Shown here: positions 9,848 through 19,324 of the stretch, in pieces
Numbering within the stretch: the first letter of the stretch is position 1
How the letters are laid out: every line of letters starts with the position of its first letter
Origin: Alphaproteobacteria bacterium
Lineage (GTDB): Bacteria; Pseudomonadota; Alphaproteobacteria; UBA9219; RGZA01
NCBI GenBank assembly: GCA_033762625.1
Contig: JANRLI010000005.1
Coordinates: 99,954 to 163,953 of the forward strand
Direction of reading: 5' to 3'
Length of the DNA stretch: 64,000 bases
Made by a program: the position numbers and the translations under genes
The notes under the pieces: model-generated
Told to the model about the DNA's origin: nothing
The model's database searches: none
The model's input: the letters and a program-made list of their open reading frames with translations, nothing else

Positions 9848-9863
9848 TTCTCCGATAGGTACT

Positions 9864-9906
9864 AAACGGGGGCGCTCCTCAATTACTTGGCGCCCCCGTT
9901 TTTTTA
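9864..9906 (+). terminator. Rho-independent, potentially bidirectional terminator
   Basis: Perfect 12-bp stem aaacgggggcgc / gcgcccccgttt with a 14-nt loop, followed by T7. Confidence 0.75.
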
Positions 9907-10176
9907 TGCCTTAATTTAATAATACATCGATTTTTAAACCCCTTATCTGTGCCGTCATTGCCATCTTTTTTGCTGTCTTTATGCAAATTTTATCCAGGCA
10001 TTTCCGGATACCGGGGTGGAAAGCTATACCGGCTACCTGCACAATTGTGGCTCGATTTGTATTCAAATGCACCCTTTGGTTTTTCAGATAAAGCGCATAA
10101 ACTGCCGACGTATTTTGTATAGTGTAAGCGTGACACCCTGACTGCCATCCAAACCTCTCTTAAACTGGCCTAACTC

Positions 10177-11415
10177 ATGAATAGATTTGTTGTTGTTATC
10201 GTGCTGCTCATCATTCTTGGCGGGGGATGGTTTTTGCTGGCGGGGCACAGTGCGGATAAGGCCAAGAATGGCCCGCCTGCGGTAAACGTGGTGACTGCCA
10301 ATGTAGAACAAAAAGATTTGCCGCTGGATTTGAATGTGATTGGCAATGTAGTTGCCAACCAGACTGTTGCGATCAAATCGCGCGTTGATAGCGCGATTAT
10401 GGAAATACATTTCAAAGACGGGGATGAAGTAAAGAAGGGCGATATATTATTCGTGCTGGATCGCCGCACGTTGGAAGCGCAATTGCAATCCCTTAAATCA
10501 AACCTCGCGCGGGACCGTGCGCTTTTGGAAGATGCGCGTATGAAATATAACCGCGCAAAAGATTTAAAACAAAAGGGTTATGAAACGGTTGCCAATTACG
10601 ATACTGCCAAAGCGAACTATGAAAGCCAGCAGGCCAGTGTTGCTGTTGACCAAGCCGCAATTGATAGCGCGAATGTGCAATTGGGTTATACCGTGATTAC
10701 CGCGCCAATTGACGGCAGGGCGGGTACCATCAACCTGACGGTTGGCAATAATGTAAAAGCAAATGATACAACGCCGCTGGTGGTGTTGAACGAGATTAAA
10801 CCCATTCGTGCGCAATTAGCGGTGCCGCAAATCTATCTGGCGGCGCTGCGCAAATCGATGGCCGAGACGATGCCTGAGGTGATCGCGCGGATCGATCATG
10901 ATGAAAATCCGGTCGTTGGCAAGCTGACCTACATTGACAATCAGGTGGATGCCGCCAGTGGTACTTTTGTGGCGCGCGCAACATTTGATAATATGGATGA
11001 GCGGTTATGGCCAGGTATGTTCGTGAATTTGACCGTACGCCTTGGCGTTGAAAAAGGGGCATTGATTATGCCCGAAACAGCAGTACAGCATGGACAAAGC
11101 GGCGATTACTTTTTTGTGATTGCCAATGGAAAGGCTACCAAACAACCCGTAAAGGTCGAGCGTGTGTTTGAAGGCATGGCGGTCATTACTGCCAATGTAA
11201 ACGCCGGTGATGCAGTGGTGGTTGATGGTGCACTGACGCTTAAAGACGGTGATGCTGTTTCGGTGCGTTACCCTGATGTGCCAAAAGAGGCACCCAAACC
11301 AGCAGATAAACCTGCTGAAAAGCCGGCTGAACTTATTCCGTTAGCGCCGACACCGGAAGTGCCCTCCGTTACCGATAAATCCGCAACTGACAAGCCAGCA
11401 CACGCACAACACTAA
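10177..11415 (+). CDS. RND efflux periplasmic adaptor (membrane-fusion protein)
   Basis: 412 aa. N-terminal TM, coiled-coil and lipoyl/beta-barrel motifs (GDILFVLD, GYTVITAPIDG) and a Pro/Ala/Lys-rich C-terminal tail. Located 7 nt upstream of the RND pump. Confidence 0.85.
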   Translation: MNRFVVVIVLLIILGGGWFLLAGHSADKAKNGPPAVNVVTANVEQKDLPLDLNVIGNVVANQTVAIKSRVDSAIMEIHFKDGDEVKKGDILFVLDRRTLEAQLQSLKSNLARDRALLEDARMKYNRAKDLKQKGYETVANYDTAKANYESQQASVAVDQAAIDSANVQLGYTVITAPIDGRAGTINLTVGNNVKANDTTPLVVLNEIKPIRAQLAVPQIYLAALRKSMAETMPEVIARIDHDENPVVGKLTYIDNQVDAASGTFVARATFDNMDERLWPGMFVNLTVRLGVEKGALIMPETAVQHGQSGDYFFVIANGKATKQPVKVERVFEGMAVITANVNAGDAVVVDGALTLKDGDAVSVRYPDVPKEAPKPADKPAEKPAELIPLAPTPEVPSVTDKSATDKPAHAQH

Positions 11416-11421
11416 ATCCTC

Positions 11422-14400
11422 ATGAACATTTCTGAATTTTGTATTCGCCGCCCTGTCTTCACCGTGTTGCTGATGGTGGCACTGTTGGTAGGCGGTATTG
11501 CCGGTTACCGGATGCTGGCAGTCAGTGCATTGCCACGCGTTGATTTTCCAACCATTCAGGTGACGGCGAATTTGCCCGGTGCAAGTCCAAAGACAATGGC
11601 ATCATCCGTTGCAACACCGCTGGAGCGGCAATTTTCGACGATTTCCGGCGTTAGCGCGATGACGTCGACCAGCTTTCTGGGGTCAACGCAAATTACATTA
11701 CAGTTTGATTTAGACAGAAACATCGACGGCGCAGCGCTTGATGTGCAGACAGCGATTTCCGCAACCTTGCGCAAATTGCCCAAGGAAATGACCACGCCGC
11801 CATCTTTCCAGAAGGTAAATCCGGCTGACCAGCCTGTGTTATTCATCGCCGTATCATCCGATACCTTGCCTTTATCGAAAGTGAATGAATATGCCGATAC
11901 CATCATGGCGCAGCGCTTATCGACATTACCGGGCGTGGCGCAGGTTTTGATTTACGGTACGCAAAAATACGCTGTGCGCGTGCAGGTTGATCCCGGCAAG
12001 CTGGCCGCGAATGGATTGTCGATTGACACCATAAGTAATGCCTTGTCATCCGCTGCATCAAATGCGCCCGTTGGGATTATCAGTGGCGCAAAGCAGTTAT
12101 TTAACATCGACATTGCCAATCAACCCAAAGAAGCAAAAGATTTTGGCGAAATCATTGCCATGTGGAAAGACGGCAAGCCGCTGCGCATCAAGGACGTTGC
12201 AACCACTGTGGACAGCGTAGAGGACACGCGCGTTGCCGGTTATTTGAATAGCAAGCAGGCGGTGGTCATCGCCATTCAGCGCCAGCCGGACAGCAACACG
12301 ATTGAAGTGGTTCAAAAGGTACGCGCATTGCTGCCTGTTTTTAAAACCCAAATACCGACAAGTATTGAATTGACGCCCATGTTTGACCGTTCCGTTGCGG
12401 TGCGTGACGCTGTGCATGATGTGCAGTTCACGCTTGGGGTCACGATTGTTCTGGTTGTTCTTGTTATTTTCTTGTTCTTGAAAACCTTGCGCGCGACGAT
12501 GATTCCGGCGCTTGCCGTACCGCTTTCCATCGTCGCGACCTATGGCGTAATGGCGCTATTCGATTTCAGCATCAACAGCATTTCATTGCTCGCCATTACG
12601 TTATGTGTGGGCTTTGTGGTGGATGATGCGATTGTGATGCTTGAAAATATCGTACGGCATATTGAAGAAGGCATGAAGCCGTTTGATGCTGCGATTAAAG
12701 GCTCCAAGGAAATCGGCTTTACGATTATGTCGATTACCTTATCGCTGGTGGCGGTGTTTATTCCTGTATTGTTCATGGGCGGAATTGTGGGGCGCATTTT
12801 CCATGAATTTGCCGTGACCATCAGCATGGCGATTTTAATTTCGGGCTTTATAGCGTTGACGCTGACGCCGATGTTGTGCTCGCGCTTTTTAAAAAATCCA
12901 CGCGAGCATCAACAGAAGGGATATGAGCTCTGGCTCGATAAGATGTTCGACAAGGTACAAGATGCTTATCGTGCATCGCTGGAATTTGTGTTGCAGCACC
13001 AGAAGACGATGTTGCTGGTTACGGTTGCTAGTATTGGCCTTAGCGTTTATTTGTTTGTGGCCGTACAAAAAGGGTTTTTTCCGCTGGAAGACACCGGCTT
13101 TGTCTTTGCGCAAACCGAGGCGGCGCAAGATGTCTCTTACGCGCAAATGCTTGATAAGCAAAAGCGCGTCGCGGCAATTGTGAAAGCAAACCCTTTTGTC
13201 ACAGATGTGTTTTTTGCACTGGGCGGTGGCAGAGGTTCTTATAATACGGGTCGTCTCTTCTTTGGATTAAAACCGCGCAGCGAGCGTCCATCGGCGGCAG
13301 TCATTATGCAGCAGCTGCGTAAATCAACAGCGGCGGTTGAAGGTCTTAAAACCTATATGCAGCCGGTACAGAATTTTTCCATCTCCGGCCGTTTGGCGAA
13401 AAGCCTTTACCAATACACCTTACAAGGAAGCGACCTTGACGGGCTTTATTTGTGGTCTGACAAATTCATGAACGCGATGAGCAGCGATCCGATTTTTCAG
13501 GATGTGACCACCGATTTGCAGCTTAAATCCTTGCAAGCGATTTTGGATGTGCAGGCGGACAAGGCCGCCAGCTATGGCATCACCAATGATATGATCCGCG
13601 ATACCCTATATAAGGCGTATGGCGCTGCGCAGGTGGCAACAATTTACACGCCGAGCAATGATTACGCAGTAATTCTGGAAACCGACGAGAAGTTCCAACA
13701 AACGCCTGAAAATATCGGCCATCTATTCATTCGCGGTACGAACGGCAATGTGCCCTTGTCGGAAATTGCAACGGTGCGCCGCGGTGTTGGCGCGCTTTCC
13801 ATCAATCATCAAGGGCAGCTGCCATCGGTAACGATTTCCTACAATCTTGCGCCCGGAAAATCACTCGGCGAAGCAACGCAAAAGATTGAAGCATTAAAAA
13901 AACAACTGGGGATGCCCGAAAACATAACCGGTAACGCCGCAGGCACTGCGCAGGCTTTTGCGGATTCATCATCCGGGCAGGGGTTGCTGCTATTGCTTGC
14001 AATCATCGTTATCTACATCATTCTAGGCATGTTGTATGAAAGCTTCATTCATCCGATTACCATTCTCTCCGGTTTGCCGTCGGCGGGTATTGGCGCAATT
14101 TTATTCCTGATGCTGTTCGGGATGGATTTGAATGTCATGTCACTGGTGGGGATTGTATTGCTGATTGGTATCGTCAAGAAAAACGCGATTATGATGGTCG
14201 ATTTTGCGATGCAGGAACGGCATGCAGGTAAACCCCCGCATGATGCAATTTACAATGCGTGCTTGATGCGCTTTCGCCCGATTATGATGACGACCTTTGC
14301 CGCGCTGTTCGGCACATTGCCGATTGCGATGGGAATTGGCGCGGGCTCCGAACTACGTCAGCCCCTTGGCATCGCCATTGTGGGCGGGCTTTTGGTCTCG

Positions 14401-14460
14401 CAGCTGCTCACGCTGTACATCACGCCGGTTGTGTATTTATGGCTGGAAAAACGCCGTTAA
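11422..14460 (+). CDS. RND family multidrug efflux permease (AcrB/MexB-like)
   Basis: 1012 aa. 12-TM and two-large-loop architecture. Conserved AcrB TM4 region VGFVVDDAIVMLENIVRH. Confidence 0.9.
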   Translation: MNISEFCIRRPVFTVLLMVALLVGGIAGYRMLAVSALPRVDFPTIQVTANLPGASPKTMASSVATPLERQFSTISGVSAMTSTSFLGSTQITLQFDLDRNIDGAALDVQTAISATLRKLPKEMTTPPSFQKVNPADQPVLFIAVSSDTLPLSKVNEYADTIMAQRLSTLPGVAQVLIYGTQKYAVRVQVDPGKLAANGLSIDTISNALSSAASNAPVGIISGAKQLFNIDIANQPKEAKDFGEIIAMWKDGKPLRIKDVATTVDSVEDTRVAGYLNSKQAVVIAIQRQPDSNTIEVVQKVRALLPVFKTQIPTSIELTPMFDRSVAVRDAVHDVQFTLGVTIVLVVLVIFLFLKTLRATMIPALAVPLSIVATYGVMALFDFSINSISLLAITLCVGFVVDDAIVMLENIVRHIEEGMKPFDAAIKGSKEIGFTIMSITLSLVAVFIPVLFMGGIVGRIFHEFAVTISMAILISGFIALTLTPMLCSRFLKNPREHQQKGYELWLDKMFDKVQDAYRASLEFVLQHQKTMLLVTVASIGLSVYLFVAVQKGFFPLEDTGFVFAQTEAAQDVSYAQMLDKQKRVAAIVKANPFVTDVFFALGGGRGSYNTGRLFFGLKPRSERPSAAVIMQQLRKSTAAVEGLKTYMQPVQNFSISGRLAKSLYQYTLQGSDLDGLYLWSDKFMNAMSSDPIFQDVTTDLQLKSLQAILDVQADKAASYGITNDMIRDTLYKAYGAAQVATIYTPSNDYAVILETDEKFQQTPENIGHLFIRGTNGNVPLSEIATVRRGVGALSINHQGQLPSVTISYNLAPGKSLGEATQKIEALKKQLGMPENITGNAAGTAQAFADSSSGQGLLLLLAIIVIYIILGMLYESFIHPITILSGLPSAGIGAILFLMLFGMDLNVMSLVGIVLLIGIVKKNAIMMVDFAMQERHAGKPPHDAIYNACLMRFRPIMMTTFAALFGTLPIAMGIGAGSELRQPLGIAIVGGLLVSQLLTLYITPVVYLWLEKRR

Positions 14461-14530
14461 TTCAATTTTAAAGGGTCAGGCCGCACCTTTTATATACACC
14501 CACTAAAAGGCCTTTCACCTAGGTAAAATT

Positions 14531-15631
14531 GTGACTGATTTACGCATTTCACAAGTTGATTTAAGCATCGGCGCCGACGAAGCCGAGCTGGTGCAGCAAT
14601 GCATTGATGCGCGCTGGCTATCGGAAGGACCGCATACCAAAGCTTTTGCCGAAAGTTTATTGGCGTTCACGGGTTCCAAATTTTTATCCTTTGCGCCGAA
14701 TGCAACCTTGGGGCTGTATCTGGCATTTCTTGCTTTAGATGCGCCGCCAGGTAGTGAAGTTTTAATTCCGAGTTATACATTCTATGGCTCGGCAACGGCG
14801 GCTGTGTTCGCAGGGCTTAAACCCGTTTTTGTCGATTGCAACCCAAAGACATTCAACAGTGATGTAGAGCATTTCAAGGCTGCGCTAACACCCAATACGC
14901 GGATCATGATGCCGGTGCATATCTATGGGCAATGCGCGGATATGACCGCATTGATGGCCTTTGCCAAGGAACATAAATTACTGGTACTCGAAGATGCTGC
15001 GCAAGCCTTGGGTGCAAAGCATAAAGGCCAACAAGCAGGCACATTTGGCGATATTGGCGTGGTGTCATTCTATTCCGATAAAACCATCACAACCGGCGAA
15101 GGCGGCATGTTGATGACGCAGCGTGAGGATCTGCATGCGAAGATAAGCCTGCTGCGTAACCAAGGCCGCCCGAATGCCGGAACATTCATTCATCCATCCT
15201 TGGGAATGAATTTCAGAATTACGGATATTCAAGCCGCTATTGGCCGCGCACAATTAAAAAAATTCGATGCCATTTATGCGGCCAAGGTTCATAAATGGAA
15301 TTTCTATGCCAACGCATTAAAGGGCGTGGGCGATCTGCGATTCATGGATGTGCATAAGGACAGCAATCTTATTGCCTTCCGTTTTCCGATTTTATCAAAG
15401 CACCGCGATGGCTTGATGAAAGCGATGCAGGATAAAGGTATTCAAACGCGCGGCTTTTTCTACCCCATGCATTTACAACCCAAATTGCGCAGCGAACCCG
15501 CCGCAACACTAGCGAACTGTGAAATGCTGTATGCGGAAGGCCAGTGCCTTCCCATCCATTTCCAGTTGCAAGACAGTGATTTGCAATTCATTTGCGGCAC
15601 CATCAAAGATTATTTCAAGCAAAATAGCTGA
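14531..15631 (+). CDS. DegT/DnrJ/EryC1/StrS-family PLP sugar aminotransferase
   Basis: 366 aa. Family layout with the catalytic-Lys region SFYSDKTITTGEGGML and motif EDAAQALGA. Confidence 0.85.
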   Translation: MTDLRISQVDLSIGADEAELVQQCIDARWLSEGPHTKAFAESLLAFTGSKFLSFAPNATLGLYLAFLALDAPPGSEVLIPSYTFYGSATAAVFAGLKPVFVDCNPKTFNSDVEHFKAALTPNTRIMMPVHIYGQCADMTALMAFAKEHKLLVLEDAAQALGAKHKGQQAGTFGDIGVVSFYSDKTITTGEGGMLMTQREDLHAKISLLRNQGRPNAGTFIHPSLGMNFRITDIQAAIGRAQLKKFDAIYAAKVHKWNFYANALKGVGDLRFMDVHKDSNLIAFRFPILSKHRDGLMKAMQDKGIQTRGFFYPMHLQPKLRSEPAATLANCEMLYAEGQCLPIHFQLQDSDLQFICGTIKDYFKQNS

Positions 15632-15633
15632 AC

Positions 15634-16377
15634 ATGCGCCCTTTCGTGCAGTATTATGATGCCATATATAGCGACAAGGATTACCACGCGGATGCAGAAA
15701 TTTTGCGCGGATTAGTGAAGCATGCGTCGCGCCCAAACATTCTGGAAATTGGCAGCGGTACGGGAAACCAATCATTACAATTATGCAAATGGGCAGATGT
15801 GACCGCGGTTGAAACCGATGCTGACTTTGCAGACGTGATGCAAAAAAAATGCGCCACGCAATCTGCGATTAAACTATTCCAAGGAGATATTGGAAAATTG
15901 GCCGCGCATGGTTTTGATGCCGCCGCGGCGTATTTCCATGTGGTGAATTACATACATGACGCGGATGCGCTTGCGCATTTATTCCGTGAAACCGCAAAAC
16001 GCTTAAAATCCAATGCGCCGTTCCTGTTCGATATGTGGCATGCCGAATGTGTGTTGGCAGACCCTCCACGCGATACAACGCGTAGCAAAGACTTTGATAA
16101 TTATCTGGGCAGTGGAATGGTTGTCCAAACCATTCTGCCGCAACTGGATGTTACAAGCCGTAAGGTAACATTAAATTACAAGATTGTACTTCAGGGTATC
16201 ACGGGCGTAGCGCCATTTACAGAAACGATACGCTTGCATCTGTGGCAGCAGAATGAAATAGTTGGTGTGCTGCAACGTGCGGGATTTACAGACGTGACAT
16301 TTTACGATGGTCGTTCGTATCCGCAGGCAGCAACTCCGCAAAGCTGGGCGCTGTGGGTTACCGCGCGCAAACAATAA
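15634..16377 (+). CDS. Class I SAM-dependent methyltransferase
   Basis: Motif I ILEIGSGTGNQS. Starts 3 nt after the upstream stop. Confidence 0.65.
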   Translation: MRPFVQYYDAIYSDKDYHADAEILRGLVKHASRPNILEIGSGTGNQSLQLCKWADVTAVETDADFADVMQKKCATQSAIKLFQGDIGKLAAHGFDAAAAYFHVVNYIHDADALAHLFRETAKRLKSNAPFLFDMWHAECVLADPPRDTTRSKDFDNYLGSGMVVQTILPQLDVTSRKVTLNYKIVLQGITGVAPFTETIRLHLWQQNEIVGVLQRAGFTDVTFYDGRSYPQAATPQSWALWVTARKQ

Positions 16378-16386
16378 GGGACTAAC

Positions 16387-16926
16387 ATGTTAAAACTCCA
16401 CCTTGGCTGCGGTAAAAAGAAACTGCCCGGATACGTGAATATCGATATTCTGGAAAATTCGGCAGCAGATGTGCATGCGGATTTGCGTGATTTGCCCTAT
16501 AAGCCCGAAAGCGTCGATATGATCTATTCCTGCGCGGCGATTGAACATTTCGGGCGCAATGAATGGATACCGCTGCTGCGCTATTGGGGAAGTTTGTTGA
16601 AACAAGGTGGCATGTTGCGCCTTTCCACCGCTGATTTCGATGCCTGTGTTGAGCAATATAAGCAGGATGAGAATCTACCCCAACTGCTTGGCCTTTTGAT
16701 TGGCGGGCAGAAAGATGATTATGACTGGCACGGCATGATATTCAATTTTGATGTCTTGAAAGCCGGATTAGAGGAAGCAGGATTTAAGGATGTGCGCCGT
16801 TATGATTGGCGCGAAACCGACATCGGTAAGGCAGGCATTGATGATTACAGCCAGGCCTATTTGCCGCATATGGATAAAACCAATGGTCGCTTGATGATGT
16901 TAAATGTGGAAGCCACCAAAAAATGA
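16387..16926 (+). CDS. Small SAM-dependent methyltransferase (type-11-like)
   Basis: LHLGCGKKKLPGYVNIDI ... DMIYSCAAIEHF pattern typical of short glycan-cluster methyltransferases. Confidence 0.55.
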   Translation: MLKLHLGCGKKKLPGYVNIDILENSAADVHADLRDLPYKPESVDMIYSCAAIEHFGRNEWIPLLRYWGSLLKQGGMLRLSTADFDACVEQYKQDENLPQLLGLLIGGQKDDYDWHGMIFNFDVLKAGLEEAGFKDVRRYDWRETDIGKAGIDDYSQAYLPHMDKTNGRLMMLNVEATKK

Positions 16927-18050
16927 AGCCGTACGTCACCATCTCCTTTGCCAATCGCAATGATAATTATGGCGGGTTTTTGGCTGAGCGCATCCAACTG
17001 TTCATTGATTACTACGCGCATTTCGTCAAACGCTGGCCCGACCTGTTTGAATTTGTGATTATTGATTACAACCCGCCTGCAGATAAACCCAAATTACGCG
17101 ATGCATTCGATTGGAGCGTTTTGGGCCATGTGATGTATTGCGAAGTGCCACCGGAAGTACACTTGCAAATTCCGGGCGCCAGTGTGCGCAAGATACAGGA
17201 TTACATCGCCCGAAACATTGGCCTGCGGTATGGCAGCGCACCCTTTGGCATGGTGCTTAATCAGGATATTTTTATCAGCAGTTCCATTTTGGAAGAAATT
17301 TCCAAAAAGCGTTTATCACCATTTCATTTTTATCGCGCCGATCGCTGCGATTTTAATTTAGATCCCTGCAAGGGAAAGCCCGCTGTTGAATTTGAAAAAC
17401 TGGCAGCAGAAAATACATTCGAAGTGCATCGCCGCCATGCCAGCAATTATCATGATATAAGTGTAAAAGTTGCGCCGGAAATATTGGCCAAAAGCGGGTC
17501 CGTTCCCGAACCCGGCGATACGTTAGACCCCAATAATAATGTGATTTATTGCACCTCGACCCGCACCCGCAATATTGAAGATCGATTGCTGTTTGGCAAA
17601 AAAACTGCCGCTGCGAGTGATCATTGGCGCGAGCAATGTTATTTTCACCCTAACTATTATGTGGCGATGTGTTTGCATACCAACGCATCGGGTGATTTTG
17701 TGATTGCGCCGAAGGAAGCATGGGAAAAAATCCACGGTTTTCCGGAAGATCCGAATTTTTATATGCAGACCGATGCCTATGGCGTATTCCAGCTCTTTGC
17801 AGCGGGGTACGATCAGGCGATATTCATGCAACCGCACCGCATTTATCATGCCGACCATGACCGTTCGGGCAGGGCAGGGTTTGTGGAGCCTGAATACATT
17901 GACCATGAAAAGCATTTCAACGAAATATTGAAAGGCAAGGCATCGTTCTGTTTTAATGATGCGAATTGGGGATTAAGCCACTATGCGCTGCGGTTTAAAA
18001 ACCACCCATGCCCAGAAACATTGCCAGCAAATTTCATTGTGGAAAAGTAG
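16923..18050 (+). CDS. Hypothetical protein of unknown function, translationally coupled (ATGA) within the sugar operon
   Basis: 375 aa. No family motif recognised by eye. Codon usage matches neighbours. Start overlaps the upstream stop. Confidence 0.4.
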   Translation: MKPYVTISFANRNDNYGGFLAERIQLFIDYYAHFVKRWPDLFEFVIIDYNPPADKPKLRDAFDWSVLGHVMYCEVPPEVHLQIPGASVRKIQDYIARNIGLRYGSAPFGMVLNQDIFISSSILEEISKKRLSPFHFYRADRCDFNLDPCKGKPAVEFEKLAAENTFEVHRRHASNYHDISVKVAPEILAKSGSVPEPGDTLDPNNNVIYCTSTRTRNIEDRLLFGKKTAAASDHWREQCYFHPNYYVAMCLHTNASGDFVIAPKEAWEKIHGFPEDPNFYMQTDAYGVFQLFAAGYDQAIFMQPHRIYHADHDRSGRAGFVEPEYIDHEKHFNEILKGKASFCFNDANWGLSHYALRFKNHPCPETLPANFIVEK

Positions 18051-18061
18051 TGGAGAAATAA

Positions 18062-18607
18062 ATGACGCATCCCGGTTCAACCTTGGAACACGGCAAGCTA
18101 AAGGTTGAAAAGACCAAGCTGGATGGCGTGTTGCTGATCCATCCGCCTACGCAGTTTTCGGATTTTCGCGGGCAATATGTGGAAACCTATAACCGCGAGC
18201 TTTACCACGCGGCGGGCATTACCGATGATTTTATTCAAGATGACGCATCGATTACCAAGAAACATGTGCTGCGCGGCATTCACGGCGATAATGTTACGGT
18301 GAAAATGATTTCATGCTTGGTGGGTGAAATTTATGTTGTGGTTGTTAATAATGACCCAGCATCGGCACAGTACCGCCAATGGCAAGGCTTCACGATTAAT
18401 GAAACCAATAATTTGCAAATCTATATTCCGCCAAAATTCGGAAATTCATTTGTGGTGTTATCGGATGTAGCGCTATTCCATTACAAACAAACGACGACGT
18501 ATAACCGCGCGGGGCAGTTCACGCTGATGTGGAACGACCCTGCATTGAACATTAAATGGCCGATTGAAAATCCGATATTATCGCAGCGCGATAGCGGAAA
18601 AAGTTAA
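18062..18607 (+). CDS. RmlC-like cupin (dTDP-4-dehydrorhamnose 3,5-epimerase / sugar ketoisomerase family)
   Basis: Motifs FSDFRGQYVETY and VLRGIHGD match the RmlC signatures F-D-RG and lRG-H. Confidence 0.6.
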   Translation: MTHPGSTLEHGKLKVEKTKLDGVLLIHPPTQFSDFRGQYVETYNRELYHAAGITDDFIQDDASITKKHVLRGIHGDNVTVKMISCLVGEIYVVVVNNDPASAQYRQWQGFTINETNNLQIYIPPKFGNSFVVLSDVALFHYKQTTTYNRAGQFTLMWNDPALNIKWPIENPILSQRDSGKS

Positions 18608-18610
18608 ATC

Positions 18611-19324
18611 TTAAATCGCTGCTTCCAGTTGTTCAAAGAAATGCACGAACAGTTCGTGTTCATGCGCGGCCAATTGCGGAATGGTCGCCTGTGCACTCGC
18701 ATCCAAAGCGGTTACGCTATCAAACATCTCTGCAAGATGCAGGTTTTCTTCAGCGATTAGCCCTTTCAGGCTGAGCGTCTTTTGATGCTCATGCAATACG
18801 CTTTGATATAGTCCATACGCCCAATGCGCGCGCAGTTCAATCATCAGCGACACCCATAAATAACACGCATCGTTTTTTTGGGGCGCGGTAATGCTGTGCT
18901 CAATAAAACTATCCAGCTTGCCGAAATACATTTTGGCGGCAGCGGGGGCGAGGGTAGTTGTTGATGAATAATCATCGAGCGGTCGTTTCAAAAGCGCTTC
19001 GGCCTTATGGCTGAAAAAATAGGCGTGGCGTGCTTCTTCCGCCATGTGTTTTAGAACTTCGCTATTCGGACTTTTGGTAATGTGCGAGAGCATGATTTTA
19101 CGGCTGCCAATATGCTCAAGCAGCGACAGCGTATTTAAAAAACGCCCATGCGTTTCATCGTTTTGAATAACGCGGGTAAGGAATGCGCGAAAACGCCCTT
19201 CAAGCGGCTGATTTAAGGCTTCCAGACCCGATAGCATCCAGGGCGTTGCCAATGACGCGTGTGATGCGGGCGAGGTGTTGCTCGCTAATGCAGTAGGGCG
19301 GGAGGACATAAACGGTATCTCCAA
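18611..19324 (-). CDS. Ferritin-like diiron-carboxylate protein (E / ExxH / E / ExxH) at the 3' end of the biotin operon
   Basis: Ligand pattern LLEH ... EEARH ... IELRAH ... EENLH on four predicted helices. Overlaps the bioA 3' end by 38-125 nt depending on start (alternatives 19309 or 19237). Confidence 0.5.
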   Translation of the reverse strand: MEIPFMSSRPTALASNTSPASHASLATPWMLSGLEALNQPLEGRFRAFLTRVIQNDETHGRFLNTLSLLEHIGSRKIMLSHITKSPNSEVLKHMAEEARHAYFFSHKAEALLKRPLDDYSSTTTLAPAAAKMYFGKLDSFIEHSITAPQKNDACYLWVSLMIELRAHWAYGLYQSVLHEHQKTLSLKGLIAEENLHLAEMFDSVTALDASAQATIPQLAAHEHELFVHFFEQLEAAI

